From Escherichia coli (GTDB lineage: Bacteria; Pseudomonadota; Gammaproteobacteria; Enterobacterales; Enterobacteriaceae): 64,000 bases of DNA. The notes beneath the pieces were generated by a model. It worked only from the letters and a program-made list of their open reading frames with translations, was not told where the DNA came from and did no database searches. The stretch is from assembly GCF_003334815.1 (NCBI RefSeq), contig NZ_QOWO01000006.1, one strand, 5' to 3'. Made by a program: the position numbers and the translations under genes. Numbering within the stretch: the stretch's first letter is position 1; the number at the start of each line of letters is the position of its first letter. Below are positions 22,261 through 32,596 of this stretch, one piece after another.

Positions 22261-22596
22261 ATGGATAAAGAACGCATCATTCAGGAATTTGTGCCCGGCA
22301 AACAGGTCACACTGGCGCATCTCATCGCGCATCCCGGTGAGGAACTGGCGAAGAAAATCGGCGTTCCGGATGCGGGCGCAATTGGCATTATGACGCTAAC
22401 TCCCGGCGAAACGGCGATGATCGCCGGTGATTTAGCGCTGAAAGCCGCTGATGTGCATATCGGTTTTCTCGACCGATTCAGCGGTGCATTGGTGATTTAT
22501 GGCTCGGTGGGCGCAGTAGAAGAAGCGTTATCACAAACCGTCAGCGGTTTAGGTCGCTTATTAAATTATACGCTTTGTGAAATGACCAAAAGTTAA
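22261..22596 (+). CDS. eutS: Ethanolamine-utilisation microcompartment shell protein EutS
   Basis: ORF track 22189..22596; start trimmed to [18 protein letters not shown]... (111 aa); BMC domain. Confidence 0.9.
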
Positions 22597-22608
22597 TACG
22601 AGGCATTC

Positions 22609-23088
22609 ATGAAACGAATTGCGTTTGTGGGTAGCGTCGGGGCAGGAAAAACAACGTTATTTAATGCGTTGCAGGGGAATTATACCCTCGCCAGAAAAAC
22701 ACAGGCCGTGGAATTTAATGATAAGGGCGATATTGATACGCCGGGTGAATATTTTAACCATCCCCGCTGGTATCACGCCTTAATTACCACGCTACAGGAT
22801 GTAGACATGCTGATCTTTGTCCATGGCGCAAATGACCCGGAAAGTCGGTTGCCTGCCGGGTTGCTGGATATTGGCGTCAGCAAACGGCAAATCGCCGTCA
22901 TCAGTAAAACGGACATGCCAGATGCTGACGTCGCCGCAACGCGAAAGTTATTGCTTGAGACGGGCTTCGAAGAGCCGATTTTCGAGCTAAACAGCCACGA
23001 CCCGCAAAGCGTGCAGCAACTGGTGGATTATCTGGCATCTCTCACCAAACAGGAGGAAGCAGGTGAAAAAACTCATCACAGCGAATGA
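22609..23088 (+). CDS. eutP: EutP/PduV-family GTPase-like protein
   Basis: 159-aa ORF with P-loop GSVGAGKTTL. Confidence 0.9.
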   Translation: MKRIAFVGSVGAGKTTLFNALQGNYTLARKTQAVEFNDKGDIDTPGEYFNHPRWYHALITTLQDVDMLIFVHGANDPESRLPAGLLDIGVSKRQIAVISKTDMPDADVAATRKLLLETGFEEPIFELNSHDPQSVQQLVDYLASLTKQEEAGEKTHHSE

Positions 23089-23764
23089 TATTCGTGAAGC
23101 ACACGCGCGCGGCGAACAGGCAATGTCCGTGGTTCTGCGCGCCAGCATTATTACCCCGGAAGCCCGTGAAGTGGCGGATCTACTGGGTTTTACCATCACC
23201 GAATGTGATGAATCGATCCCGGTAACGGCGTCCGTGCCCGCCAGCGTGCCAGCCGACAAAACCGAAAGCCAGCGCATCCGCGAAACCATCATTGCCCAGC
23301 TGCCGGAAGGCCAGTTTACCGAAAGCCTGGTCGCACAGCTGATGGAAAAAGTGATGAAGGAAAAACAGTCGCTGGAGCAGGGCGCAATGCAGCCGAGCTT
23401 CAAATCGGTGACCGGCAAAGGCGGCATCAAAGTGATTGATGGCAGTAGCGTCAAGTTTGGTCGTTTCGACGGCGCAGAGCCGCATTGCGTGGGCTTGACT
23501 GATCTTGTGACCGGAGACGACGGCAGCAGCATGGCCGCCGGTTTTATGCAGTGGGAGAACGCATTCTTCCCGTGGACCCTGAACTACGACGAAATCGACA
23601 TGGTGCTGGAAGGGGAGCTGCATGTTCGCCACGAAGGCCAAACCATGATCGCCAAAGCAGGCGACGTGATGTTTATCCCGAAAGGCTCCAGCATCGAATT
23701 TGGTACGACATCCAGCGTGAAATTCCTGTATGTCGCCTGGCCGGCTAACTGGCAATCCCTATGA
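23063..23764 (+). CDS. eutQ: EutQ cupin-domain protein (acetate kinase activity reported)
   Basis: 233-aa ORF; 26-nt overlap with eutP. Confidence 0.9.
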   Translation: MKKLITANDIREAHARGEQAMSVVLRASIITPEAREVADLLGFTITECDESIPVTASVPASVPADKTESQRIRETIIAQLPEGQFTESLVAQLMEKVMKEKQSLEQGAMQPSFKSVTGKGGIKVIDGSSVKFGRFDGAEPHCVGLTDLVTGDDGSSMAAGFMQWENAFFPWTLNYDEIDMVLEGELHVRHEGQTMIAKAGDVMFIPKGSSIEFGTTSSVKFLYVAWPANWQSL

Positions 23765-24564
23765 AAGATTTCATCACCGAAGCATGGCTAAGAGCGAACC
23801 ATACGCTCAGCGAAGGCGCAGAGATCCATCTCCCTGCGGACAGTCGCCTGACGCCCTCTGCCCGGGAGTTGCTGGAAAGCCGCCATCTGCGCATCAAGTT
23901 TATTGACGAGCAGGGCCGCCTGTTTGTTGACGATGAACAGCAGCAGCCGCAGCCCGTTCATGGGCTGACCAGTAGCGATGAACATCCGCAGGCGTGCTGC
24001 GAACTGTGTCGCCAGCCGGTGGCAAAAAAGCCGGATACGCTGACTCACCTGTCGGCGGAAAAAATGGTCGCCAAAAGCGATCCGCGTCTGGGTTTTCGCG
24101 CGGTTCTCGACAGCACCATTGCGCTGGCAGTGTGGCTGCAAATTGAACTGGCGGAACCGTGGCAGCCGTGGCTGGCGGATATCCGTTCGCGTCTTGGCAA
24201 CATTATGCGCGCCGATGCGCTGGGGGAACCGCTGGGCTGCCAGGCGATTGTCGGGCTTTCTGACGAAGATCTGCATCGGCTTTCTCATCAGCCGCTGCGC
24301 TATCTCGACCACGATCATCTGGTGCCGGAAGCCAGCCACGGGCGCGATGCTGCGTTGCTCAATCTGCTACGCACCAAAGTGCGGGAAACCGAAACCGTAG
24401 CGGCGCAGGTCTTTATCACCCGCAGCTTTGAAGTATTACGCCCGGACATTTTGCAGGCGCTGAACCGCCTTTCGAGCACGGTCTACGTGATGATGATCCT
24501 GAGCGTAACGAAGCAGCCGCTAACGGTGAAGCAGATCCAACAACGACTGGGGGAAACGCAATGA
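23761..24564 (+). CDS. eutT: Ethanolamine-utilisation corrinoid adenosyltransferase
   Basis: 267-aa ORF; ATGA start/stop overlap with eutQ. Confidence 0.9.
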
Positions 24565-25577
24565 TTATTGAACGTTGTCGTGAACTGGCGTTGCGAGCGC
24601 CCGCCAGAGTGGTTTTTCCGGATGCGTTAGACCAACGTGTGCTGAAAGCCGCGCAATATTTACATCAACAAGGTCTGGCAACGCCCATTCTGGTCGCCAA
24701 TCCGTTTGAACTTCGTCAGTTTGCGCTCAGTCACGGCGTGGCGATGGACGGGCTACAGGTGATTGATCCGCATGGCAACCTCGCAATGCGGGAAGAATTT
24801 GCTCATCGCTGGCTGGCCCGCGCGGGCGAAAAAACGCCGCCGGATGCGCTGGAAAAACTTACCGACCCTCTGATGTTCGCCGCAGCAATGGTCAGCGCCG
24901 GTAAAGCGGATGTCTGTATCGCGGGCAACCTCTCTTCCACGGCAAATGTGCTGCGTGCCGGATTACGCATTATCGGCTTGCAGCCAGGCTGTAAAACGCT
25001 CTCTTCCATTTTCCTGATGTTGCCACAGTACAGCGGCCCGGCGTTGGGCTTTGCCGATTGCAGCGTGGTGCCACAGCCGACGGCGGCGCAGCTGGCGGAT
25101 ATCGCGCTTGCCAGTGCCGAAACCTGGCGCGCCATCACCGGAGAAGAGCCGCGCGTGGCGATGCTGTCGTTTTCCAGCAATGGTAGCGCCCGTCACCCCT
25201 GTGTTGCTAACGTCCAGCAGGCGACAGAAATCGTCCGTGAGCGCGCACCAAAGCTGGTGGTGGATGGCGAGTTACAGTTTGACGCCGCCTTCGTGCCGGA
25301 AGTGGCGGCGCAAAAAGCGCCTGCCAGCCCGCTACAGGGCAAGGCCAATGTGATGGTTTTTCCGTCGCTGGAAGCCGGAAATATTGGTTACAAAATCGCA
25401 CAACGACTCGGCGGATATCGTGCCGTCGGGCCACTGATACAAGGACTTGCCGCGCCGATGCACGATCTCTCTCGTGGTTGTAGCGTGCAGGAAATTATCG
25501 AGCTGGCGCTGGTGGCAGCTGTGCCGCGTCAGACAGAAGTGAACCGCGAAAGCAGTTTACAAACACTGGTTGAATGA
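24561..25577 (+). CDS. eutD: Phosphotransacetylase of the eut operon
   Basis: 338-aa ORF; ATGA overlap with eutT. Confidence 0.9.
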
Positions 25578-25615
25578 ACGGTCCCGTTCTGGACCCTGAT
25601 AAAGAGGAAAGCACA

Positions 25616-25909
25616 ATGGAAGCATTAGGAATGATCGAAACCCGGGGCCTGGTTGCACTGATTGAGGCTTCTGACGCGATGGTGAAAGCTGCGCGCGTCA
25701 AGCTGGTTGGTGTTAAGCAGATTGGCGGCGGCCTGTGTACTGCCATGGTTCGTGGTGATGTTGCAGCCTGTAAAGCCGCGACCGATGCAGGTGCCGCAGC
25801 GGCACAGCGTATCGGCGAGCTGGTATCTGTACACGTTATCCCGCGTCCGCACGGCGACCTGGAAGAAGTCTTCCCGATCGGCCTGAAAGGCGATAGCAGC
25901 AACCTGTAA
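25616..25909 (+). CDS. eutM: BMC-H shell protein EutM
   Basis: ORF track 25574..25909; start trimmed to [22 protein letters not shown]... (97 aa) behind AAAGAGGAAA. Confidence 0.9.
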   Translation: MEALGMIETRGLVALIEASDAMVKAARVKLVGVKQIGGGLCTAMVRGDVAACKAATDAGAAAAQRIGELVSVHVIPRPHGDLEEVFPIGLKGDSSNL

Positions 25910-25918
25910 TCACCCTGT

Positions 25919-25960
25919 GTGACGTCGATTCGGGCGTCACGCTCTCTCCTTTTTCATTTT
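25919..25960 (+). other. Stem-loop followed by a U-rich tract between eutM and eutN
   Basis: GTGACG-(10 nt)-CGTCAC, then CTCTCTCCTTTTTCATTTT. Confidence 0.4.
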
Positions 25961-26015
25961 ACCTTCTGCGGAGGGTAGGGGGAGCTTTTACCTGAAATAC
26001 GCCACGGAGGCGGGT

Positions 26016-26303
26016 ATGAAACTGGCAGTCGTCACTGGACAAATTGTTTGTACCGTACGCCATCACGGACTGGCGCATGACAAATTGCTGATGGTGGAAA
26101 TGATTGATCCACAAGGTAATCCTGACGGGCAATGCGCCGTCGCCATCGACAATATTGGCGCGGGAACCGGGGAGTGGGTGTTACTGGTGAGTGGCAGTTC
26201 CGCCCGCCAGGCGCATAAAAGCGAAACGTCACCGGTCGATCTGTGCGTGATTGGCATTGTCGATGAGGTGGTGTCTGGCGGTCAGGTAATTTTCCACAAA
26301 TAA
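26016..26303 (+). CDS. eutN: BMC vertex (pentamer) protein EutN
   Basis: 95-aa ORF MKLAVVTGQIVCTVRH... Confidence 0.9.
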   Translation: MKLAVVTGQIVCTVRHHGLAHDKLLMVEMIDPQGNPDGQCAVAIDNIGAGTGEWVLLVSGSSARQAHKSETSPVDLCVIGIVDEVVSGGQVIFHK

Positions 26304-26314
26304 GGCAGAACATC

Positions 26315-27718
26315 ATGAATCAACAGGATATTGAACAGGTGGTGAAAGCGGTACTGCTGAAAATGCAAAGCAGTGACACGCCGTCCGCCGCCGTTCATGA
26401 GATGGGCGTTTTCGCGTCCCTGGATGACGCCGTTGCGGCAGCCAAAGTCGCCCAGCAAGGGTTAAAAAGCGTGGCAATGCGCCAGTTAGCCATTGCTGCC
26501 ATTCGTGAAGCAGGCGAAAAACACGCCAGAGATTTAGCGGAACTTGCCGTCAGTGAAACCGGCATGGGGCGCGTTGAAGATAAATTTGCAAAAAACGTCG
26601 CTCAGGCGCGCGGCACACCAGGCGTTGAGTGCCTCTCTCCGCAAGTGCTGACTGGCGACAACGGCCTGACCCTAATTGAAAACGCACCCTGGGGCGTGGT
26701 GGCTTCGGTGACGCCTTCCACTAACCCGGCGGCAACCGTAATTAACAACGCCATCAGCCTGATTGCCGCGGGCAACAGCGTCATTTTTGCCCCGCATCCG
26801 GCGGCGAAAAAAGTCTCCCAGCGGGCGATTACGCTGCTCAACCAGGCGATTGTTGCCGCAGGTGGGCCGGAAAACTTACTGGTTACTGTGGCAAATCCGG
26901 ATATCGAAACCGCGCAACGCTTGTTCAAGTTTCCGGGTATCGGCCTGCTGGTGGTAACCGGCGGCGAAGCGGTAGTAGAAGCGGCGCGTAAACACACCAA
27001 TAAACGTCTGATTGCCGCAGGCGCTGGCAACCCGCCGGTAGTGGTGGATGAAACCGCCGACCTCGCCCGTGCCGCTCAGTCCATCGTCAAAGGCGCTTCT
27101 TTCGATAACAACATCATTTGTGCCGACGAAAAGGTACTGATTGTTGTTGATAGCGTAGCCGATGAACTGATGCGTCTGATGGAAGGCCAGCACGCGGTGA
27201 AACTGACCGCAGAACAGGCGCAGCAGCTGCAACCGGTGTTGCTGAAAAATATCGACGAGCGCGGAAAAGGCACCGTCAGCCGTGACTGGGTTGGTCGCGA
27301 CGCAGGCAAAATCGCGGCGGCAATCGGCCTTAAAGTTCCGCAAGAAACGCGCCTGCTGTTTGTGGAAACCACCGCAGAACATCCGTTTGCCGTGACTGAA
27401 CTGATGATGCCGGTGTTGCCCGTCGTGCGCGTCGCCAACGTGGCGGATGCCATTGCGCTAGCGGTGAAACTGGAAGGCGGTTGCCACCACACGGCGGCAA
27501 TGCACTCGCGCAACATCGAAAACATGAACCAGATGGCGAATGCTATTGATACCAGCATTTTCGTTAAGAACGGACCGTGCATTGCCGGGCTGGGGCTGGG
27601 CGGGGAAGGCTGGACCACCATGACCATCACCACGCCAACCGGTGAAGGGGTAACCAGCGCGCGTACGTTTGTCCGTCTGCGTCGCTGTGTATTAGTCGAT
27701 GCGTTTCGCATTGTTTAA
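26315..27718 (+). CDS. eutE: CoA-acylating acetaldehyde dehydrogenase
   Basis: 467-aa ORF, aldehyde dehydrogenase family. Confidence 0.92.
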   Translation: MNQQDIEQVVKAVLLKMQSSDTPSAAVHEMGVFASLDDAVAAAKVAQQGLKSVAMRQLAIAAIREAGEKHARDLAELAVSETGMGRVEDKFAKNVAQARGTPGVECLSPQVLTGDNGLTLIENAPWGVVASVTPSTNPAATVINNAISLIAAGNSVIFAPHPAAKKVSQRAITLLNQAIVAAGGPENLLVTVANPDIETAQRLFKFPGIGLLVVTGGEAVVEAARKHTNKRLIAAGAGNPPVVVDETADLARAAQSIVKGASFDNNIICADEKVLIVVDSVADELMRLMEGQHAVKLTAEQAQQLQPVLLKNIDERGKGTVSRDWVGRDAGKIAAAIGLKVPQETRLLFVETTAEHPFAVTELMMPVLPVVRVANVADAIALAVKLEGGCHHTAAMHSRNIENMNQMANAIDTSIFVKNGPCIAGLGLGGEGWTTMTITTPTGEGVTSARTFVRLRRCVLVDAFRIV

Positions 27719-27728
27719 GGAGTAACAG

Positions 27729-28565
27729 ATGGCGCACGACGAACAATGGCTCACCCCACGTCTGCAAACGGCGGCAACGCTGTGTAACCAGACGCCCGCC
27801 GCGACGGAATCTCCGCTGTGGCTGGGGGTGGATCTGGGCACCTGCGATGTGGTGTCGATGGTTGTCGACCGCGACGGTCAGCCAGTGGCGGTATGCCTCG
27901 ACTGGGCCGATGTGGTTCGCGACGGCATCGTCTGGGATTTCTTCGGCGCTGTCACCATTGTTCGTCGCCATCTCGACACGCTCGAGCAGCAATTCGGTCG
28001 TCGTTTTAGCCATGCGGCGACTTCATTTCCTCCAGGTACGGACCCGCGTATTTCCATCAACGTGCTGGAATCTGCCGGACTGGAAGTGAGCCATGTGCTG
28101 GATGAGCCAACCGCAGTTGCGGATCTGCTGCAACTGGACAACGCCGGTGTAGTGGATATCGGCGGCGGCACTACCGGCATTGCCATCGTGAAAAAGGGCA
28201 AGGTGACGTACTCGGCGGATGAAGCCACCGGCGGACATCACATCTCTCTGACTCTCGCCGGAAATCGCCGTATTTCGCTGGAAGAGGCGGAGCAGTACAA
28301 GCGCGGTCACGGTGAAGAGATTTGGCCTGCGGTGAAACCGGTGTACGAAAAAATGGCGGACATTGTCGCCCGGCATATTGAAGGGCAGGGCATTACTGAT
28401 TTATGGCTGGCGGGCGGCTCTTGTATGCAACCGGGCGTGGCGGAACTGTTTCGCAAACAATTCCCGGCGTTACAGGTGCATTTACCGCAGCACAGTTTGT
28501 TTATGACCCCGCTGGCGATCGCCAGTAGTGGGCGAGAGAAAGCGGAGGGGCTATATGCAAAATGA
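27729..28565 (+). CDS. eutJ: EutJ chaperone-like protein (actin/Hsp70 fold)
   Basis: 278-aa ORF. Confidence 0.9.
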   Translation: MAHDEQWLTPRLQTAATLCNQTPAATESPLWLGVDLGTCDVVSMVVDRDGQPVAVCLDWADVVRDGIVWDFFGAVTIVRRHLDTLEQQFGRRFSHAATSFPPGTDPRISINVLESAGLEVSHVLDEPTAVADLLQLDNAGVVDIGGGTTGIAIVKKGKVTYSADEATGGHHISLTLAGNRRISLEEAEQYKRGHGEEIWPAVKPVYEKMADIVARHIEGQGITDLWLAGGSCMQPGVAELFRKQFPALQVHLPQHSLFMTPLAIASSGREKAEGLYAK

Positions 28566-29742
28566 ATTGCAGACCGCGCTCTTTCAGGCGTTCGATACCC
28601 TGAATCTGCAACGGGTAAAAACATTTAGCGTTCCACCGGTGACGCTTTGCGGTCCGGGCTCGGTGAGCAGTTGCGGACAGCAAGCGCAAACGCGTGGGCT
28701 GAAACATCTGTTCGTGATGGCAGACAGCTTTTTGCATCAGGCAGGGATGACCGCCGGGCTGACGCGTAGCCTGACCGTTAAAGGTATCGCCATGACGCTC
28801 TGGCCATGTCCGGTGGGCGAACCGTGCATTACCGACGTGTGTGCAGCCGTGGCGCAGTTGCGTGAGTCAGGCTGTGATGGGGTGATCGCGTTTGGCGGCG
28901 GCTCGGTGCTGGATGCGGCGAAAGCCGTGACGTTGCTGGTGACGAACCCGGATAGCACGCTGGCAGAGATGTCAGAAACCAGCGTTCTGCAACCGCGCTT
29001 GCCGCTGATTGCCATTCCAACTACCGCAGGAACCGGCTCTGAAACCACCAATGTAACGGTGATTATCGACGCGGTGAGCGGGCGCAAGCAGGTGTTAGCC
29101 CATGCCTCGCTGATGCCGGATGTGGCGATCCTCGACGCCGCATTGACCGAAGGTGTGCCGTCGCATGTCACGGCGATGACCGGCATTGATGCGTTAACCC
29201 ATGCCATTGAAGCATACAGCGCCCTGAACGCTACACCGTTTACCGACAGTCTGGCGATTGGTGCCATTGCGATGATTGGCAAATCGCTGCCGAAAGCGGT
29301 GGGCTACGGTCACGACCTTGCCGCGCGCGAGAGCATGTTGCTGGCTTCATGTATGGCGGGAATGGCGTTTTCCAGTGCGGGTCTTGGGTTGTGCCACGCG
29401 ATGGCGCATCAGCCGGGCGCGGCGCTGCATATTCCGCACGGTCTCGCGAACGCCATGTTGCTGCCAACGGTGATGGAATTTAACCGGATGGTTTGTCGTG
29501 AACGCTTTAGTCAGATTGGTCGGGCACTGCGAACTAAAAAATCCGACGATCGTGACGCTATTAACGCGGTAAGTGAGCTGATTGCGGAAGTTGGGATTGG
29601 TAAACGACTGGGCGATGTTGGTGCGACATCTGCGCATTACGGCGCATGGGCGCAGGCCGCGCTGGAAGATATTTGTCTGCGCAGTAACCCGCGTACCGCC
29701 AGCCTGGAGCAGATTGTCGGCCTGTACGCAGCGGCGCAATAA
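28555..29742 (+). CDS. eutG: Iron-containing alcohol dehydrogenase EutG
   Basis: ORF track 28528..29742; start trimmed to MQNELQTALFQAFD... (395 aa); overlaps the eutJ stop by 11 nt. Confidence 0.9.
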   Translation: MQNELQTALFQAFDTLNLQRVKTFSVPPVTLCGPGSVSSCGQQAQTRGLKHLFVMADSFLHQAGMTAGLTRSLTVKGIAMTLWPCPVGEPCITDVCAAVAQLRESGCDGVIAFGGGSVLDAAKAVTLLVTNPDSTLAEMSETSVLQPRLPLIAIPTTAGTGSETTNVTVIIDAVSGRKQVLAHASLMPDVAILDAALTEGVPSHVTAMTGIDALTHAIEAYSALNATPFTDSLAIGAIAMIGKSLPKAVGYGHDLAARESMLLASCMAGMAFSSAGLGLCHAMAHQPGAALHIPHGLANAMLLPTVMEFNRMVCRERFSQIGRALRTKKSDDRDAINAVSELIAEVGIGKRLGDVGATSAHYGAWAQAALEDICLRSNPRTASLEQIVGLYAAAQ

Positions 29743-29744
29743 AT

Positions 29745-29930
<186 letters not shown>

Positions 29931-29958
29931 AAATAACAACTAACAGGGAGTAAAGGCG

Positions 29959-31185
29959 ATGGGAATTAACGAAATCATCATGTACATCATGATGTTCTTT
30001 ATGCTGATAGCTGCCGTAGACAGGATCCTGTCGCAGTTCGGCGGTTCTGCTCGTTTCCTCGGTAAGTTCGGTAAAAGTATCGAAGGATCAGGCGGTCAGT
30101 TCGAAGAAGGCTTTATGGCAATGGGCGCACTGGGCCTGGCGATGGTCGGTATGACCGCGCTGGCACCGGTACTGGCTCACGTTCTCGGGCCGGTAATTAT
30201 TCCGGTTTACGAAATGCTCGGCGCTAACCCATCGATGTTCGCCGGAACACTGCTGGCGTGCGATATGGGCGGCTTCTTCCTCGCCAAAGAGCTGGCGGGC
30301 GGCGACGTAGCCGCGTGGCTATACTCTGGGTTAATTCTCGGGTCGATGATGGGGCCAACGATTGTGTTTTCCATTCCGGTGGCGCTCGGCATTATCGAAC
30401 CTTCTGACCGTCGTTATCTGGCGCTCGGCGTGCTGGCGGGCATTGTGACCATTCCGATTGGTTGTATCGCTGGTGGTCTGGTTGCTATGTACTCCGGTGT
30501 GCAGATCAACGGCCAGCCGGTGGAATTCACTTTCGCCCTGATCCTGATGAACATGATCCCGGTGATCATTGTTGCGATTCTGGTGGCGCTGGGGCTGAAA
30601 TTCATCCCGGAAAAAATGATCAACGGCTTCCAGATCTTCGCCAAATTCCTCGTTGCATTGATCACCCTCGGTCTTGCCGCTGCGGTAGTGAAATTCCTGC
30701 TTGGCTGGGAACTGATCCCCGGTCTGGATCCTATCTTTATGGCCCCTGGCGATAAACCCGGTGAGGTGATGCGCGCCATTGAAGTTATCGGTTCTATCTC
30801 CTGCGTTCTGTTAGGGGCGTATCCGATGGTGCTGCTGCTGACTCGCTGGTTTGAAAAACCGCTGATGAGCGTCGGTAAAGTACTGAATATGAACAACATC
30901 GCGGCAGCCGGCATGGTGGCAACGCTTGCCAACAACATCCCGATGTTCGGCATGATGAAGCAGATGGATACCCGCGGCAAAGTCATCAACTGCGCCTTCG
31001 CCGTTTCCGCTGCTTTCGCCCTGGGCGACCACTTAGGCTTCGCCGCTGCCAACATGAACGCCATGATCTTCCCGATGATTGTCGGCAAGTTGATCGGCGG
31101 CGTAACGGCGATTGGCGTGGCGATGATGCTGGTGCCAAAAGAAGACGCGACCGCGACTAAAACCGAAGCGGAGGCACAATCGTGA
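29959..31185 (+). CDS. eutH: Ethanolamine permease EutH
   Basis: 408-aa polytopic membrane ORF. Confidence 0.92.
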   Translation: MGINEIIMYIMMFFMLIAAVDRILSQFGGSARFLGKFGKSIEGSGGQFEEGFMAMGALGLAMVGMTALAPVLAHVLGPVIIPVYEMLGANPSMFAGTLLACDMGGFFLAKELAGGDVAAWLYSGLILGSMMGPTIVFSIPVALGIIEPSDRRYLALGVLAGIVTIPIGCIAGGLVAMYSGVQINGQPVEFTFALILMNMIPVIIVAILVALGLKFIPEKMINGFQIFAKFLVALITLGLAAAVVKFLLGWELIPGLDPIFMAPGDKPGEVMRAIEVIGSISCVLLGAYPMVLLLTRWFEKPLMSVGKVLNMNNIAAAGMVATLANNIPMFGMMKQMDTRGKVINCAFAVSAAFALGDHLGFAAANMNAMIFPMIVGKLIGGVTAIGVAMMLVPKEDATATKTEAEAQS

Positions 31186-32585
31186 ACACTCGCCAGCTAT
31201 TGAGCGTCGGTATCGATATCGGCACCACCACCACCCAGGTGATTTTCTCCCGGCTGGAGCTGGTTAACCGTGCGGCGGTGTCGCAGGTGCCGCGCTACGA
31301 ATTCATTAAACGCGAAATTAGCTGGCAAAGTCCGGTGTTCTTTACCCCTGTCGATAAACAGGGCGGTTTAAAAGAAGCGGAACTGAAAACCTTAATACTC
31401 GAGCAATATCATGCTGCGGGTATTGAGCCGGAAAGCGTTGATTCTGGTGCCATCATCATCACCGGTGAAAGCGCGAAAACCCGCAATGCTCGCCCGGCGG
31501 TGATGGCGCTCTCTCAGTCGCTGGGCGATTTTGTCGTTGCCAGCGCCGGGCCGCACCTCGAATCCGTGATCGCCGGTCACGGAGCCGGGGCACAAACCCT
31601 TTCTGAACAACGGCTGTGTCGGGTACTGAATATCGACATCGGCGGTGGCACCGCGAACTACGCCCTGTTCGATGCCGGAAAAATCAGCGGCACTGCCTGC
31701 CTCAACGTCGGTGGTCGCCTGCTGGAAACCGACAGCCACGGGCGCGTGGTTTACGCTCATAAACCGGGGCAGATGATTGTGGATGAGTGCTTCGGTGCAG
31801 GCACCGACGCCCGTTCGCTGACCGGCGCGCAGCTGGTGCAGGTGACCCGGCGGATGGCAGAACTGATTGTCGAAGTGATTGACGGAACGCTCTCACCGCT
31901 CGCGCAGGCATTGATGCAAACCGGTTTGCTGCCCGCAGGTGTTACGCCCGAAATCATTACGCTTTCTGGCGGCGTGGGCGAATGTTATCGCCACCAGCCC
32001 GCCGACCCGTTCTGTTTTGCCGATATTGGCCCGCTGCTGGCAACTGCGCTGCATGACCATCCGCGCCTGCGTGAGATGAACGTACAGTTTCCGGCGCAAA
32101 CCGTGCGCGCCACGGTGATTGGCGCGGGCGCGCATACCCTTTCGCTCTCTGGCAGCACAATCTGGCTTGAGGGCGTACAACTGCCGCTGCGCAATTTGCC
32201 GGTGGCGATCCCGATTGATGAAACGGATCTGGTGGGGGCCTGGCAACAGGCGCTGATTCAGCTGGATCTTGATCCCAAAACTGACGCGTACGTGCTGGCG
32301 CTTCCCGCCTCGCTGCCTGTGCGTTACGCCGCGGTACTGACGGTCATCAACGCGTTGGTCGATTTCGTCGCGCGTTTTCCGAATCCGCATCCCCTGCTGG
32401 TGGTGGCCGGGCAGGACTTTGGTAAAGCTCTGGGCATGTTGTTGCGCCCACAGCTACAACAACTCCCGTTGGCAGTCATTGACGAAGTGATTGTCCGCGC
32501 GGGGGACTATATCGACATTGGTACGCCTCTTTTTGGCGGATCGGTTGTGCCGGTGACGGTGAAATCACTCGCATTTCCTTCCTGA
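31182..32585 (+). CDS. eutA: Ethanolamine ammonia-lyase reactivating factor
   Basis: 467-aa ORF; ATGA overlap with eutH. Confidence 0.92.
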   Translation: MNTRQLLSVGIDIGTTTTQVIFSRLELVNRAAVSQVPRYEFIKREISWQSPVFFTPVDKQGGLKEAELKTLILEQYHAAGIEPESVDSGAIIITGESAKTRNARPAVMALSQSLGDFVVASAGPHLESVIAGHGAGAQTLSEQRLCRVLNIDIGGGTANYALFDAGKISGTACLNVGGRLLETDSHGRVVYAHKPGQMIVDECFGAGTDARSLTGAQLVQVTRRMAELIVEVIDGTLSPLAQALMQTGLLPAGVTPEIITLSGGVGECYRHQPADPFCFADIGPLLATALHDHPRLREMNVQFPAQTVRATVIGAGAHTLSLSGSTIWLEGVQLPLRNLPVAIPIDETDLVGAWQQALIQLDLDPKTDAYVLALPASLPVRYAAVLTVINALVDFVARFPNPHPLLVVAGQDFGKALGMLLRPQLQQLPLAVIDEVIVRAGDYIDIGTPLFGGSVVPVTVKSLAFPS

Positions 32586-32596
32586 GGGAACGACTT

